This document shows, in pieces, positions 20,159 through 30,900 of a stretch of 64,000 nucleotides of DNA. Source of the DNA: Thermoanaerobaculia bacterium (lineage in GTDB: Bacteria; Acidobacteriota; Thermoanaerobaculia; Multivoradales; Multivoraceae); assembly GCA_963666565.1 (NCBI GenBank), contig OY762911.1, positions 3,040,001-3,104,000 on the forward strand, in the 5' to 3' direction. Below the pieces are notes generated by a model that saw only the letters and a program-made list of their open reading frames with translations, was not told the DNA's origin and made no database searches. Made by a program: the position numbers and the translations under genes. Within the stretch, counting starts at the first letter, position 1. Every line of letters starts with the position of its first letter.

Positions 20159-23100
20159 CTACTGCGGCGCCGGAGTTTCGTCCGCTTCGCGGCCGGCCGG
20201 CGGCTGGACGGCCGGGATCTCCAGTTCCCGGGCCCGCCGGTTCAGTTCGTCGAGCCGGGGTCCGGTCAGCTCGTCCACCGCCTCGAGGATCGGCAGGAGT
20301 TCGGCTTCGAGATCCTCCAGGCGCTGGCGCGAACCGGCCGTCGGCCGCGCGGTGTTGCCGAAGACGTGGGTGTAGAGGTAGGCGTACTGGTTGTCGATCC
20401 GGGGCTGGAAGTTGAGCGCGTCCTGCGAGACGCGGCTGCGCGACTGGATGAGTTGGTCGTCGAGTTCCCCGGCCCGCTCCAGGACGGCCTCCACGGCCGG
20501 TTCGAGTTCGCCGGCCCCCGCGGCGTCGAGCCGATCCTGAAGAGCCCCGGCCTGTTCCCGGACGCTGCGCAGGCCGGCGATCGCGTCGTGGATCGCCGTC
20601 AACCGCGTCGACAACCGGTCGAGCATCGCGTACTGCTCCTCGAGGTCGGCCTCGGTGATGTCGTCGAGGCGCGGGTCGGCGAGCACCTCGAAGGTCCGGC
20701 TGTCGAGCCAGCCGGCGGCCCCGCCGCCGGTCCCGGCGTCGCCTTCGGACTCGGCGTCGCCTTCCGCCTGGGTGCGCGGGTCCTCTGACCCGCTGCCGCC
20801 GGAGGCGGCGTCAGGTGTCGCCGCCGGCGAAGCCGGCGTCCGCTCTTCGCTGGCGGCGACCGACAGCGTGGCCCGGTAAGTCCCCGGCGGCAAGTAGGGC
20901 CCGCCCGTGTACGACAGGGACATGATGGCGCCCTCGACCAGGTGGGGCGCCTGCCCGCGCAGGTTCCAGACGATCCGGTTGAGCCCCTCCTTCGCGTCGA
21001 AGGACTCGATCCGTGGACGCTCCTTGTCGCCGCCCTCGATCTCCTCGCCGTCCGGCAACGACACGAAGCGCCGCAGCACCCGGTCGCTGCCGTCGGAAGA
21101 GATCGTCAGTTCGACCCGGCCGGCCGGCTGCTCGGGCAGGTCGAACCAGATCGAGGCGCCGTTGACGAAGCCGCCGCCTCCGCCGGGCCGGTCGATGCGG
21201 ACCGTGGGTTCGGGAGAGAACAGCCGGGGCGCGGTCCGCGCCTCGCCGCCGGCGGCCTCCGCGGCGGCTTCCCCGGCGAGCTCGCGCACGGCGCCGAGAT
21301 CGTCGAGCACCCAGAAGCTCCGGCCCTGGGTCGCCAGCACCAGGTCCGGGTTGGCGGCGTTCTCGTGGATCAGCAGGTCGGTGATCGGCGTCCGCGGCAG
21401 GTTCAACTGGAACGGCAGCCAGGAGTCGCCGCCGTCGAACGAGGCGTAGAGGCCGAACTCGGTGCCGGCGAAGAGCAGGCCGGAGGCGCCCGGGTCCTCG
21501 CGCACGACGCGCACGAAGTGGTGCTCGGGCAGCCCATCCGTCTTCGTCGTCCAGGTGGCGCCGCCGTCGTCCGTGCGGAAGACGTAGGGCGTGTAGTCGT
21601 TCATGCGGTAGCGGTAGGCGCCGACGTATACGCGCGCCGGGTCGTGGCGCGAGACGTCGATCGAGTTGATCGTGCCGTCGGCCGGCATCCGGTCCGGCGT
21701 CACGTCGACCCACGTCGCGCCGTCGTCGCGGCTCCGGTGGATGCGGCCGTCGTCGCTGCCGGCCCAGATCTCGCCCGCCGTCCGCGGCGACTCGGCGAGC
21801 GCGAAGATCGTGTTGTAGACCTCGACGCCGGTGTGGTCGTGCTGGACGGGCCCGCCCGGGATTCCCTGTTTCTCGTCGTCGTCGGTCGTGAGATCCGGCG
21901 AGATCGTCTCCCACGTCCAGCCGCCGTCGCGGGTGCGGTGGACGTAGTTCGACGTGTGGTACACGACGTCCGGGTCGTGCCGGGAGATGAGGATCGGCGC
22001 GTTCCACTGGAAGCGGTAGCGCAGGTCGCGCGGCGCCGTGCCGTCCTGCATCTGCGGATAGAGGATCATGTTGCGGGAGGTGCCGCTCCGGTGGTCGTAG
22101 CGGTCGATGCGGCCCAGGTAGTTGCCGGAGTAGACGAGGTGAGGCTGCTCGGGATGGACCGCGATGTGCCCGCTCTCGGCGCCGGCCACCGAGTGCCAGT
22201 GCTGGGTCGCGGTCAGTTCGGGCATCGGCCGCGACGGCACGGAGATCGTGCTGTTGTCCTGCTGGGCGCCGTAGATCCGGTAGGGGAACTGGTTGTCGAC
22301 GGTGACCCGGTAGAACTCGGCGGTCGGCTGGTTGTTCTGGCCGGACCAGGAACGGCCGCCGTCGACGCTGACGTTGGCGCCGCCGTCGTTCGCCTGGACC
22401 ATGATGTGCGGCTGCTCCGGGTTGATCCAGAGGTCGTGGTTGTCGCCGTGCGGCGTTCCGACCCGCTCCCAGGTGGCGCCCGCGTCGACCGACTTGAAGA
22501 AGCGGACGTTCGAGCCCCAGACCGTGTTCGGATCGGCCGGGTCGGCGTGGATGTGGCTGTAGTACCAGCCGCGGGTGAGCAGGTCCGGCTCGTCGCTCAC
22601 CTTCTCCCAGGTGTCGCCGTGGTCCTCCGAGCGGAAGATGCCGCCGCGGCGTTCCGGCGCGGTGACGATCGTCCACAGCCGCCCCCGCCGCGCCGGCGAC
22701 GCGGAGACGCCGATGCGGCCGAGGACGCCCGTCGGCAGACCGCCTTCGAGCCGTTCCCAGGTATCGCCGCCGTCGGTCGAGCGGAACAGGCCGCCCTCCT
22801 CGCTGCCGTCGATCAGGGTCCAGGGCTTGCGCTCCACCCTCCACGCGGCGGCGTAGAGGACGCGGGGGTTGAACGGATCGAGCTCGAGGTCGGAGATGCC
22901 CTCGTCTTCGGAGATGCTGAGCACCTGTTCCCAGGTCTCGCCGCCGTCCGTCGAGCGGTAGACGCCGCGCTCCGGGTTGCTGCCGAAGATCTGGCCCAGT
23001 ACGCCGACCCAGAGCACGTTCGGGTCGTCCGGGTGGACGCGAACGCGGCTGATCGCGCCGGAGCGCTCCAGGCCGATGTGCTGCCAGGAGGCGCCGGCGT

Positions 23101-23488
23101 CGATCGACCGGTACATGCCGTCCCCGATCGAGACGTTGCCGCGCGGGCAGGCCGAGCCCATCCCGACGTAGATCACGTTGGGATCGCTCGGCGCCACGGT
23201 CACCGCGCCGACGGAGCCGGCCTTGAAGTCCTTGTCGCTCAGGTTCTCCCACGAGATGCCCGCGTTCGTCGTGCGCCAGACGCCGCCGCCCGTCGAGCCC
23301 ATGTAGAACGTGTAGGGGTGGGAGACGTGGCCGGCGACCGCGGTCACCCGGCCGCCGCGGCTGGGGCCGACGAGCCGGAACTCGATCCCCTCGAAGGGGC
23401 CGGAGTCCTCCTGGCTCCAGACCGGCGCCGCGGCAATGGCGGCGACCGCGAGCATCATGGGCGCGGACCTTGGGCGCGGGAGCAACAT
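20159..23488 (-). CDS. Secreted BNR/VPS10-repeat beta-propeller glycosyl-hydrolase-like protein
   Basis: Signal peptide, then GPSRGGRVTAVAG and repeated SxDGGxTW Asp-boxes, HGDNHDLWINP, RFQWNAPI, ATQGRSFW. Start trimmed to ATG 23488. Confidence 0.85.
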   Translation of the reverse strand: MLLPRPRSAPMMLAVAAIAAAPVWSQEDSGPFEGIEFRLVGPSRGGRVTAVAGHVSHPYTFYMGSTGGGVWRTTNAGISWENLSDKDFKAGSVGAVTVAPSDPNVIYVGMGSACPRGNVSIGDGMYRSIDAGASWQHIGLERSGAISRVRVHPDDPNVLWVGVLGQIFGSNPERGVYRSTDGGETWEQVLSISEDEGISDLELDPFNPRVLYAAAWRVERKPWTLIDGSEEGGLFRSTDGGDTWERLEGGLPTGVLGRIGVSASPARRGRLWTIVTAPERRGGIFRSEDHGDTWEKVSDEPDLLTRGWYYSHIHADPADPNTVWGSNVRFFKSVDAGATWERVGTPHGDNHDLWINPEQPHIMVQANDGGANVSVDGGRSWSGQNNQPTAEFYRVTVDNQFPYRIYGAQQDNSTISVPSRPMPELTATQHWHSVAGAESGHIAVHPEQPHLVYSGNYLGRIDRYDHRSGTSRNMILYPQMQDGTAPRDLRYRFQWNAPILISRHDPDVVYHTSNYVHRTRDGGWTWETISPDLTTDDDEKQGIPGGPVQHDHTGVEVYNTIFALAESPRTAGEIWAGSDDGRIHRSRDDGATWVDVTPDRMPADGTINSIDVSRHDPARVYVGAYRYRMNDYTPYVFRTDDGGATWTTKTDGLPEHHFVRVVREDPGASGLLFAGTEFGLYASFDGGDSWLPFQLNLPRTPITDLLIHENAANPDLVLATQGRSFWVLDDLGAVRELAGEAAAEAAGGEARTAPRLFSPEPTVRIDRPGGGGGFVNGASIWFDLPEQPAGRVELTISSDGSDRVLRRFVSLPDGEEIEGGDKERPRIESFDAKEGLNRIVWNLRGQAPHLVEGAIMSLSYTGGPYLPPGTYRATLSVAASEERTPASPAATPDAASGGSGSEDPRTQAEGDAESEGDAGTGGGAAGWLDSRTFEVLADPRLDDITEADLEEQYAMLDRLSTRLTAIHDAIAGLRSVREQAGALQDRLDAAGAGELEPAVEAVLERAGELDDQLIQSRSRVSQDALNFQPRIDNQYAYLYTHVFGNTARPTAGSRQRLEDLEAELLPILEAVDELTGPRLDELNRRARELEIPAVQPPAGREADETPAPQ
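20768..20809 (+). repeat. REP-like palindrome, copy 5, inside a coding sequence
   Basis: CTGGGTGCGCGGGTCCTCTGACCCGCTGCCGCCGGAGGCGGC; read on the - strand as AASGGSGSEDPRTQ within the open frame. Confidence 0.85.
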
Positions 23489-23626
23489 CGTCGCGGCGTA
23501 GTCTATGGGCTGAGAGCGTCGGCAGGGCGCGGCGCGCCGTGACCGGGGCGCAGGTCTCCGGGCCGGCTGCCGACGGCGGCGGTCGGGCGCCGCGCGGGCG
23601 CGTCCGGCTGCTACATTGACGCGGTT

Positions 23627-24538
23627 TTGAGCGACCAGCCTGCCGCCCGACCGCCGCTTGTCATCTATACCGACGGCGGCGCCAGTCCCAACCCCGGCCC
23701 GGGCGGCTGGGGGGCGGTGATCCTGGAGTCCGGCGGGAAGTCGCGGGAACTCGCGGGCGGCGCTCCGAGCACCACGAACAACCGCATGGAGCTCCAGGCG
23801 GCGATCTCGGCGCTCGCCGACCTGGCGGAACCGAGCGCGGTCGATCTCTACACGGACTCGCAGTACGTCCGGCAGGGAATCACCTCGTGGCTGAGCCGCT
23901 GGCGCCGCCAGCACTGGCGCCGGCGAGACGGCGGGGCGGTCAAGAACGTCGACCTGTGGCGCCGGCTGGAAGGTCTGAACAGGCGTCACCGCGTCCGCTG
24001 GCACTGGGTGAAGGGCCACGCCGGCAACGAATGGAACGAGCGCGTGGACGCCCTCGCCAGCGCGGAGATCGCGGCACGGGGCGGCGGCGCCGCCGCGGAG
24101 CCGGACGCCGAGGTCGAGGTTCCGGCAGACAGCGCCCGGGTCTTTCTGAAGGTCCGCTGCGTCGGCGGGCGCGGCGCGTGGGCGGCGGAGGTGGAGAGCC
24201 CCGGCGAATCGGGCCGGCGAACGGGCCGCGCCTCGGGAACCACGCCGAACCGCCTGGAACTGGAGTGCGTTCTCGATCTGCTGGCGGCGCTGCCGCCGGA
24301 ACGGCCGGTTGCCGTCTACACCGGCAACGACTACCTGCGGCGGGGCGCCTCGTTGTGGATCCACTCGTGGAAGCGCAACCGCTGGCGCACGAAGTCCGGC
24401 GGACAGGTCAAGAACGCCGACCTCTGGCACCGGCTCGACCGCCTGCTCGAAGGGCGGCGGGTGCTCTGGCCGGCGCCGACGGGCGAGGCGGCGGAGCGGT
24501 TGGCCGAGTTGAAGGCCAGGGCGCGCGACCTGTTCTGA
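23627..24538 (+). CDS. rnhA: Ribonuclease HI with a second degenerate RNase H domain
   Basis: Domain 1: [38 protein letters not shown]. Domain 2 repeats [21 protein letters not shown]. Confidence 0.92.
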   Translation: MSDQPAARPPLVIYTDGGASPNPGPGGWGAVILESGGKSRELAGGAPSTTNNRMELQAAISALADLAEPSAVDLYTDSQYVRQGITSWLSRWRRQHWRRRDGGAVKNVDLWRRLEGLNRRHRVRWHWVKGHAGNEWNERVDALASAEIAARGGGAAAEPDAEVEVPADSARVFLKVRCVGGRGAWAAEVESPGESGRRTGRASGTTPNRLELECVLDLLAALPPERPVAVYTGNDYLRRGASLWIHSWKRNRWRTKSGGQVKNADLWHRLDRLLEGRRVLWPAPTGEAAERLAELKARARDLF

Positions 24539-24649
24539 GGCCGGCGACCCTCCTCCAGCGGCTGCGATTCGGGCAAGCGGCTCAGTCCGCGAGGTTCGGG
24601 GTGATTCGGTGGTCGCACGGCCCGAGTATCGTGCTAGTCTGCCTTTACG

Positions 24650-27600
24650 GTGATATCTCCTGCCGTTTCACTGCAATCTGGGTTCCAAAGAGCAGCGTTG
24701 CGGTACGCCTTGTCGGCGGCACTGCTGTTGGCGACGGCTCCGGCGGCTCAGGCACAGCGGCTGCTGACGCTCGTCCCGGGCGTTGCGGAGGCGACCTCGG
24801 CGGACGCTCCCGGCCCGTCGATCGGGCCGGTTCCGACGGCGGTGCAGGTGGACCTGGGCCTGCTGCGCAGCGCGCCGCCTTGGCTGGAGGTGCCGACGCC
24901 GGACGGCAGCGTCCTCTCGGCGGAGCGGAGCGTGTTCGAGGATCGCGGCGGCGGCGACCTGATGTGGTCGGGCGGCCATCCGGACGCGGGGTACGACACG
25001 GTTGTGCTGACGGTGGAGGGCGGCCGGTTGGTGGGCCGGTTCGGCGCCGCGGGCGGAGGCGCCTACCGGATCCACGCGGCCTCGGACGGCCGGGGCGGCA
25101 TGGCGCCGGTCGGCGGTCCGCGGCCGGAGGGAGTGCCGTTCTGCGGGGTGGAGACAGTCGAGGAGCACCACCACGACGCCGCGGCCCATGCCCGAACAGG
25201 GGTCCACTCTGCCGATTCACCCCAGCCGGTGAGCAGTCCGCAGAGCCACGACCGGCTGGACATCCTGGTGGCGTACACGGCGACGGCGGCCGAGAACTGG
25301 GCGGGCATCGGCGGGCCCGAGGCTGCGATCCGCCACGCGGGCGACTACCTGAAGATGGTGTTTCGGAACAACGAGCTGCCGGTTGAGCCACACATCGTCC
25401 ACGCCTTCCGGACGTCCGCCGTTCTGGACCGGGCCATGAGAGACCGACAACTGCGCTTTCCGAGCTTCGGTCTGTTGGAGTTCCTCCGGGAGGATGGAGA
25501 CCAGTGGCGCTTGCGCCATGAACACCGGGCCGACCTGGTGCATCTCTTCACGGGCGAAGGCCCGGCCCTTACCGGCCCTTGCGGCCGGGCCTTCCCGCTG
25601 CAGAGGGGCGACACGGCACGGACCTTTGCCAACGCCGCCTACGCCTGGACGTCGAACGCCGGCTACTGCGACTACGTCGTCACCTTCGTTCACGAGATCG
25701 GCCACAATCTGGGCGCCAACCACGATCCGGCCAGTGCAAGTTTCCCGCAGAGTACGTTCAGGCCGTACGGCTTCGGCCACGGGAACCGCGACGCGATGCC
25801 GCCCATCGGCACGGCAGTGAGCAACGCGGGCCAGATCGAGCCGTTCTTCTCCACGCCGCGGTTCCGGCCCTGGGGCGCCACGGTCGGCATCGCGGGCTTG
25901 CGGGACAACGAGCGGCTCCTGCGGGAAACGGTCCACATCGGCGCGCGCTACAGCGACCATCTGCGTTCGCTGGAGGGAGTGCCGGCGCCGCCGAGCGACC
26001 TTCGGATATGGCGGGACGGCGAGTTCCTGCGCCTTTCCTGGCAGGGCAACGCGCCGGACGCGGACGGGTACGAGGTGGGGTGCTACTACTTCCATGGCAG
26101 AGACACCGTTCGGCGGGTCGAAGGCAGTACTCGGGCGACGATTCCTCTGGAACGCCATGAACCGGGCACGACCTACCAGTGCCACGTGCTGGCGACGAAA
26201 GGGGAGGAGCGTTCCCTGCGAAGCGGCTACGCCTACCTGGTCATCCCCGGCGAGCCGCTCAGGGCGCCGTCTGACGTAGTCGTGGAGCCCTTTTCGTCAA
26301 TCGTGAACGTGCGCTGGACGGACAACTCGGACAACGAGATCGGGTTCGAGGTGCAACTGCTGGAGGACGGCGAGCCCGTCGGGCGAAAGTGGGCATCGCC
26401 AAACGAGACGAGCGAGTCTTTCCGGGAGCCAAAGGTACAGCCCCGGGACTCCGAGTATCGAGTGCGGGTGTTCGCGGTCCACCAGACCGCGGCTTCGGAG
26501 GCCGGCGAGTCGGCGGCCTTCCGCTGGCGAAGCCATCCGCTCGCTCCAGGTCCCGTCGCCGATCTCACGGCAACGGCCATCGGGCCGACGACGGTGCGGG
26601 TGAGTTGGACCGGTCCCCCCGAGAAGCACCACTACCACTCGACCCACGCCCGTCTTGAGGGCTGGAGCCATCGCCCCGGCCTGTACGGAAACCGGGTGGA
26701 CATCGCTGGGCTTGCCCGAGGCGGCCGCTACACGTTCGAGGTCGCGGTCGGCAACGACCATGGCCGGGGCCCCTACTCCCGGGCGCATCTGACCTTGGGG
26801 GATCGCGGCGCTGGACCGGAGGCGCCCTCGGATCTTGCCATGGTCATCGAGGGCGACACGGCACGCCTGAGCTGGAAGGACAACTCCGACGACGAGCTGG
26901 GCTTCGAGGTTCAGTCGGGGTCGTTCAGGTTGGCACTCGTCCCGCCGGACACGACGACGGCCCTCGTCCCCTCCTGGCGGGTGAACGACCCGCTGTCCAA
27001 GAAGAAGGTGTACGCGTACAACGAGCGCGGCTTTTCCCTCCCCGCCGTGATCGGGGCCGCGCCGCGCACAGGCACCTGTTCGCCGGACGCGGAGACGCTT
27101 TGCCTGCGGGACTCGCGCTTCGAGGTGAGGATGAGATGGGACGCTTGGTTAAGCCAAGGGAGAAGGGGGCGCGGCCGGGTCGTTCCCGCTGGCACGAACG
27201 ATTCGGGCCTCTTCCACTTCTTCGACCCTGAGAACTGGGAGGTGCTGATCAAGGTGCTGGACGGCTGCGCGATCAACGGGCGAATGTGGGTGCTTGGCGC
27301 TTCGACGACCGATCTGGGTTACTGGATACGAGTGAAGGACACGGTCACCGGCGATTCGCGGTCTTACTGGAACGAGCCCGGTCAACCGGCGTCGGCGATC
27401 GTGGACACGGAGGCGTTTCCCCTGGCCTGCGGCGACGCGGCGACGGCCGGCGCGGCTTCCGCGGAGCGCACAGGCGACGGGGCGTTCCGCCGGCTCGCGG
27501 CGGGAGCGAGAGCCGCCGTGCCGATGGTCGCGGCGGCGGATAGGGCGGCGGGCCGGTGCGAGGCCGGCCCGACGACGCTGTGTCTGGGGAGCGGCCGGTT

Positions 27601-27934
27601 CTCGGCGGGAATCGAGGCGTCCACGTTGGGCGGCGAGCGGCACGAGGGCTTCGTCGCGCGGGCGGGCACGGAAAGGGCGGGCCTCTTCTGGTTCTTCGAC
27701 CCGGAGAACTGGGAGGTGTTGGTGAAGGTCCTGGACGGCTGCGCGATCAACGGGCACCACTGGGTGTTCGCCGCCTCGGCGACCGACATGGGCCTCGACC
27801 TGCTGGTGGAGGACGAGGTGACCGGTGGGACGAAGAGGTACGGCACGAACGTCGGCGAGCCGGCCCCGGCGATCGTCGATACCGAGGCGCTGGCCTGCGC
27901 GGCCGGCGCGGCGACCGGCGGAGACAACGCATGA
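24650..27934 (+). CDS. Secreted M12/reprolysin-like zinc metalloprotease with FN3 repeats and two copies of an unnamed C-terminal domain (paralog A)
   Basis: Signal peptide ending AQA; HEIGHNLGANH at 25691; FN3-type motifs (PAPPSDL, WTDNSDNEIGF, WKDNSDDELGF); 2x LCLxxxRF...FFDPENWEVLxKVLDGC. Confidence 0.85.
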   Translation: MISPAVSLQSGFQRAALRYALSAALLLATAPAAQAQRLLTLVPGVAEATSADAPGPSIGPVPTAVQVDLGLLRSAPPWLEVPTPDGSVLSAERSVFEDRGGGDLMWSGGHPDAGYDTVVLTVEGGRLVGRFGAAGGGAYRIHAASDGRGGMAPVGGPRPEGVPFCGVETVEEHHHDAAAHARTGVHSADSPQPVSSPQSHDRLDILVAYTATAAENWAGIGGPEAAIRHAGDYLKMVFRNNELPVEPHIVHAFRTSAVLDRAMRDRQLRFPSFGLLEFLREDGDQWRLRHEHRADLVHLFTGEGPALTGPCGRAFPLQRGDTARTFANAAYAWTSNAGYCDYVVTFVHEIGHNLGANHDPASASFPQSTFRPYGFGHGNRDAMPPIGTAVSNAGQIEPFFSTPRFRPWGATVGIAGLRDNERLLRETVHIGARYSDHLRSLEGVPAPPSDLRIWRDGEFLRLSWQGNAPDADGYEVGCYYFHGRDTVRRVEGSTRATIPLERHEPGTTYQCHVLATKGEERSLRSGYAYLVIPGEPLRAPSDVVVEPFSSIVNVRWTDNSDNEIGFEVQLLEDGEPVGRKWASPNETSESFREPKVQPRDSEYRVRVFAVHQTAASEAGESAAFRWRSHPLAPGPVADLTATAIGPTTVRVSWTGPPEKHHYHSTHARLEGWSHRPGLYGNRVDIAGLARGGRYTFEVAVGNDHGRGPYSRAHLTLGDRGAGPEAPSDLAMVIEGDTARLSWKDNSDDELGFEVQSGSFRLALVPPDTTTALVPSWRVNDPLSKKKVYAYNERGFSLPAVIGAAPRTGTCSPDAETLCLRDSRFEVRMRWDAWLSQGRRGRGRVVPAGTNDSGLFHFFDPENWEVLIKVLDGCAINGRMWVLGASTTDLGYWIRVKDTVTGDSRSYWNEPGQPASAIVDTEAFPLACGDAATAGAASAERTGDGAFRRLAAGARAAVPMVAAADRAAGRCEAGPTTLCLGSGRFSAGIEASTLGGERHEGFVARAGTERAGLFWFFDPENWEVLVKVLDGCAINGHHWVFAASATDMGLDLLVEDEVTGGTKRYGTNVGEPAPAIVDTEALACAAGAATGGDNA

Positions 27935-30900
27935 GTCCGTTGGCTTCCCTGTTCGCTGGATTGCGCCGTGCAGCGGCGCCGTGCGGATTGCCGGCGGCGC
28001 TGCTACTGGTGCCGACTCCAGCGGCTCAGGCGCAACGGCTGCTGACGCTCGTCCCGGGCGTTGCGGAGGCGACCTCGGCGGACGATCCAGGCCCGTCGAT
28101 CGGGCCGGTGCCGACAGCGGTGGAGGTCGACCTGGGGTTGCTGCGCAGCGCGCCGGCCTGGCTGGAGGTGCCGACGCCGGACGGCAGCGTGCTGTCGGCG
28201 GAGCGGACCGTGTTCGAGGACCGCGGCGGCGGCGATCTGATGTGGTCGGGCGGCCACCCGGACGCGGGGTACGACACGGTGGTGCTGACGGTGGAGGGCG
28301 GCCGCCTGGTGGGCCGGTTCGGCGCGGCGGGCGGCGGGGCGTACCAGATCCACGCGGCGGCCGACGGCCGGGGCGGCATGGCGCCGGTCGGCGGTCCGCG
28401 GCCGGAGGGCGTGCCGTTCTGCGAGGTGGAAACGGTCCCGGACGACACCCGCAGCGCCGCGGCCCATACTGGGGCGGGGTCCCGCGCAGCCGATCTTCCC
28501 GTGCCGGTGAGCAATCCGCGGAGCCACGACCGGCTGGACATCCTGGTGGCGTACACGGCCACGGCCGCCGAGAACTGGGCGGGAATCGGCGGCCCCGAGG
28601 CGGCGATCCGCCACGCCGGCGACTACCTGAAGATGGTGTTCTCGAACAACGAGCTGCCGGTGGAGCCGCACATCGTCCACGCCTTTCGGACGTCCGCCCT
28701 TCTGGACCGGGCCATGAGAGACGGACGTCTGCGCTTTCCGAAGCGCCCACTGTTGATGCTCCTCAAGGAGGACGGAGACCAGTGGCGCTTGCGCCACGAA
28801 CATCGGGCCGATCTGGTGCATCTCTTCACGGGCGAAGGACCGGGCCTTACCGGCCCCTGCGGCCGGGCCTTCCCGCTGCAGAGGGGGGACACGGCACGGA
28901 CCTTCCACACGGGAGCCTACGCCTGGACGTCGAACGCCGGCTATTGCGACTACGTGGCGACCTTCGTTCACGAGATCGGCCACAATCTGGGGGCCAACCA
29001 CGATCCGGCCAGCGCATGGTCCCCGCAGAATGCCTTCAGGCCGTACGGCTTCGGCCACGGGAACCGCGACGCGATGCCGCCCATCGGCACGGCAGTGAGC
29101 AACGCGGGCCAGATCGAGCCGTTCTTCTCCACGCCGCGGTTCAGGGCCTGGGGCGCCGTGGTCGGCATCGCGGGCTTGCGGGACAACGAGCGGCTGTTAC
29201 GGGAAACGGTCCACATCGGCGCGCGCTACAGCGACCACTTGCGTTCGCTGGAGGGAGTGCCGGCGCCGCCGAGCGACCTTCGGATGCGGCGGGACGGCGC
29301 TTTCGCTCGCCTCTCGTGGCAGGGCAACGCGCCGGACGCGGACGGGTACGAAGTGGGGTGTTGGGACGGAAGCGGCCCCGCCGTCGCCATTTTGCGGGTC
29401 GAGGGACGCAGCGAGGCGACGATTCCTCTGGAACGCCATGAACCGGGCACGGTGCTCAAGTGCGAGGTACTGGCGACGAAAGGGGAGGAGCGGTCCCTGC
29501 GGAGCGGTTACGCCTACCTGGCCATCCCCGGCGATCCGCTCAGAGCGCCGTCCGACGTGGTCGTGGAGCCTTCCTTGTCAATCGTGAACGTGCGCTGGAC
29601 GGACAACTCGGACAACGAGATTGGCTTCGAGGTGCAGTTGCTGGAGGACGGCGAACCGGTCGCGCGGAGATGGGCATTGCCAAACGAGACGAGCGAGTCT
29701 CTCTCTGAGTGGAGGGTGCAGCCCCGGGACCGCGAGCACCGGGTGCGGGTGTTCGCGGTCCATCAGACCGCGGCTTCGGAGGCCGGCGAGTCGGCGGCCT
29801 TCCGCTGGCGAAGCCATCCGCTCGCTCCAGGTCCCGTCGCCGATCTCACGGCGACGGCCATCGGACCGACGACTGTGAGGGTCAGTTGGACGGGAAAGCC
29901 CGGGAGCGACTACTACTGGGTCAGTGCCCTCCTCGAGGGCTGGCGCCACCGGCCCTTGCCTGTACGGACCGACCGGAACCCGGTGTACATCGAAGGGCTT
30001 GCCCGAGGCGGCCGCTACACGTTTGAAGTCTTGGCCACCAACCACCATGACGGTAGCCTGCCCTCCCGGACGCATCTGAGCCTGGGGGCTCGCGGCGCGG
30101 GGCCGGAGGCGCCCTCGTCCCTTTCCGTGGTCGTCGAGGGAGAAACGGCGCGCCTGAACTGGAAGGACAACTCCGACGACGAGCTGGGCTTCGAGATTCA
30201 GTCGGGGTCGTTCAGGTTGGCACTCGTCCCGCTGGACACGACGACGGCCCTCGTCCCATCCGGCTACGTGAACAACCCGCTGCTCGCGCCGAGGGTGTAC
30301 GCGTACAACGAGCGGGGCTTTTCCCTGCCCGCCGTGTTCGGGGCCGCGCCGCGTGGTACCTGTTTGCCGGACGCGGAGACGCTTTGCCTGCGGGACTCGC
30401 GCTTCAAGGTGAGGATGCAGTGGCGGACCCGGCTCGGCGAGGGGGGCCGCGGCCGGGTCGTTCCCGCGGGCACGAACGACTCGGGCCTCTTCCGCTTCTT
30501 CGACCCGGAGAACTGGGAGGTGCTGATCAAGGTACTGGATGGCTGCGCGATCAACGGGCGTATATGGGTGCTTGGCGCTTCGACGACCGATCTGGGTTAC
30601 TGGATACGGGTGACGGACACGGTCACGTCCGACTCGCGGTCGTACTGGAACGATCCGGACCGGCCGGCGTCGGCGATCGTGGACACGGAGGCGTTCCCCC
30701 TGCCTTGCGGCGCCGCCGCGACGGTCGGCGCGACGTCCGCGGGGTCCCCAAGCGGCGGGGCGTTCGGCGGGCTCGCGGCGGGACCGAGAGCCTCGGCGAC
30801 GCGGCTCGCGGCGGCGGATAGGGCGTCGGGTCGGTGCGAGGCCGGCCCGACGACGCTGTGTCTGGGTAGCGGCCGGTTCTCGTTGGGAATCGAGGCGTCC

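Noticed and set aside
23627-24538. RNase H plus aspartyl protease (9571) as retroelement remnants
   Set aside because: They are 14 kb apart, the RNase H is a typical cellular RnhA, and there is no RT, integrase or LTR.
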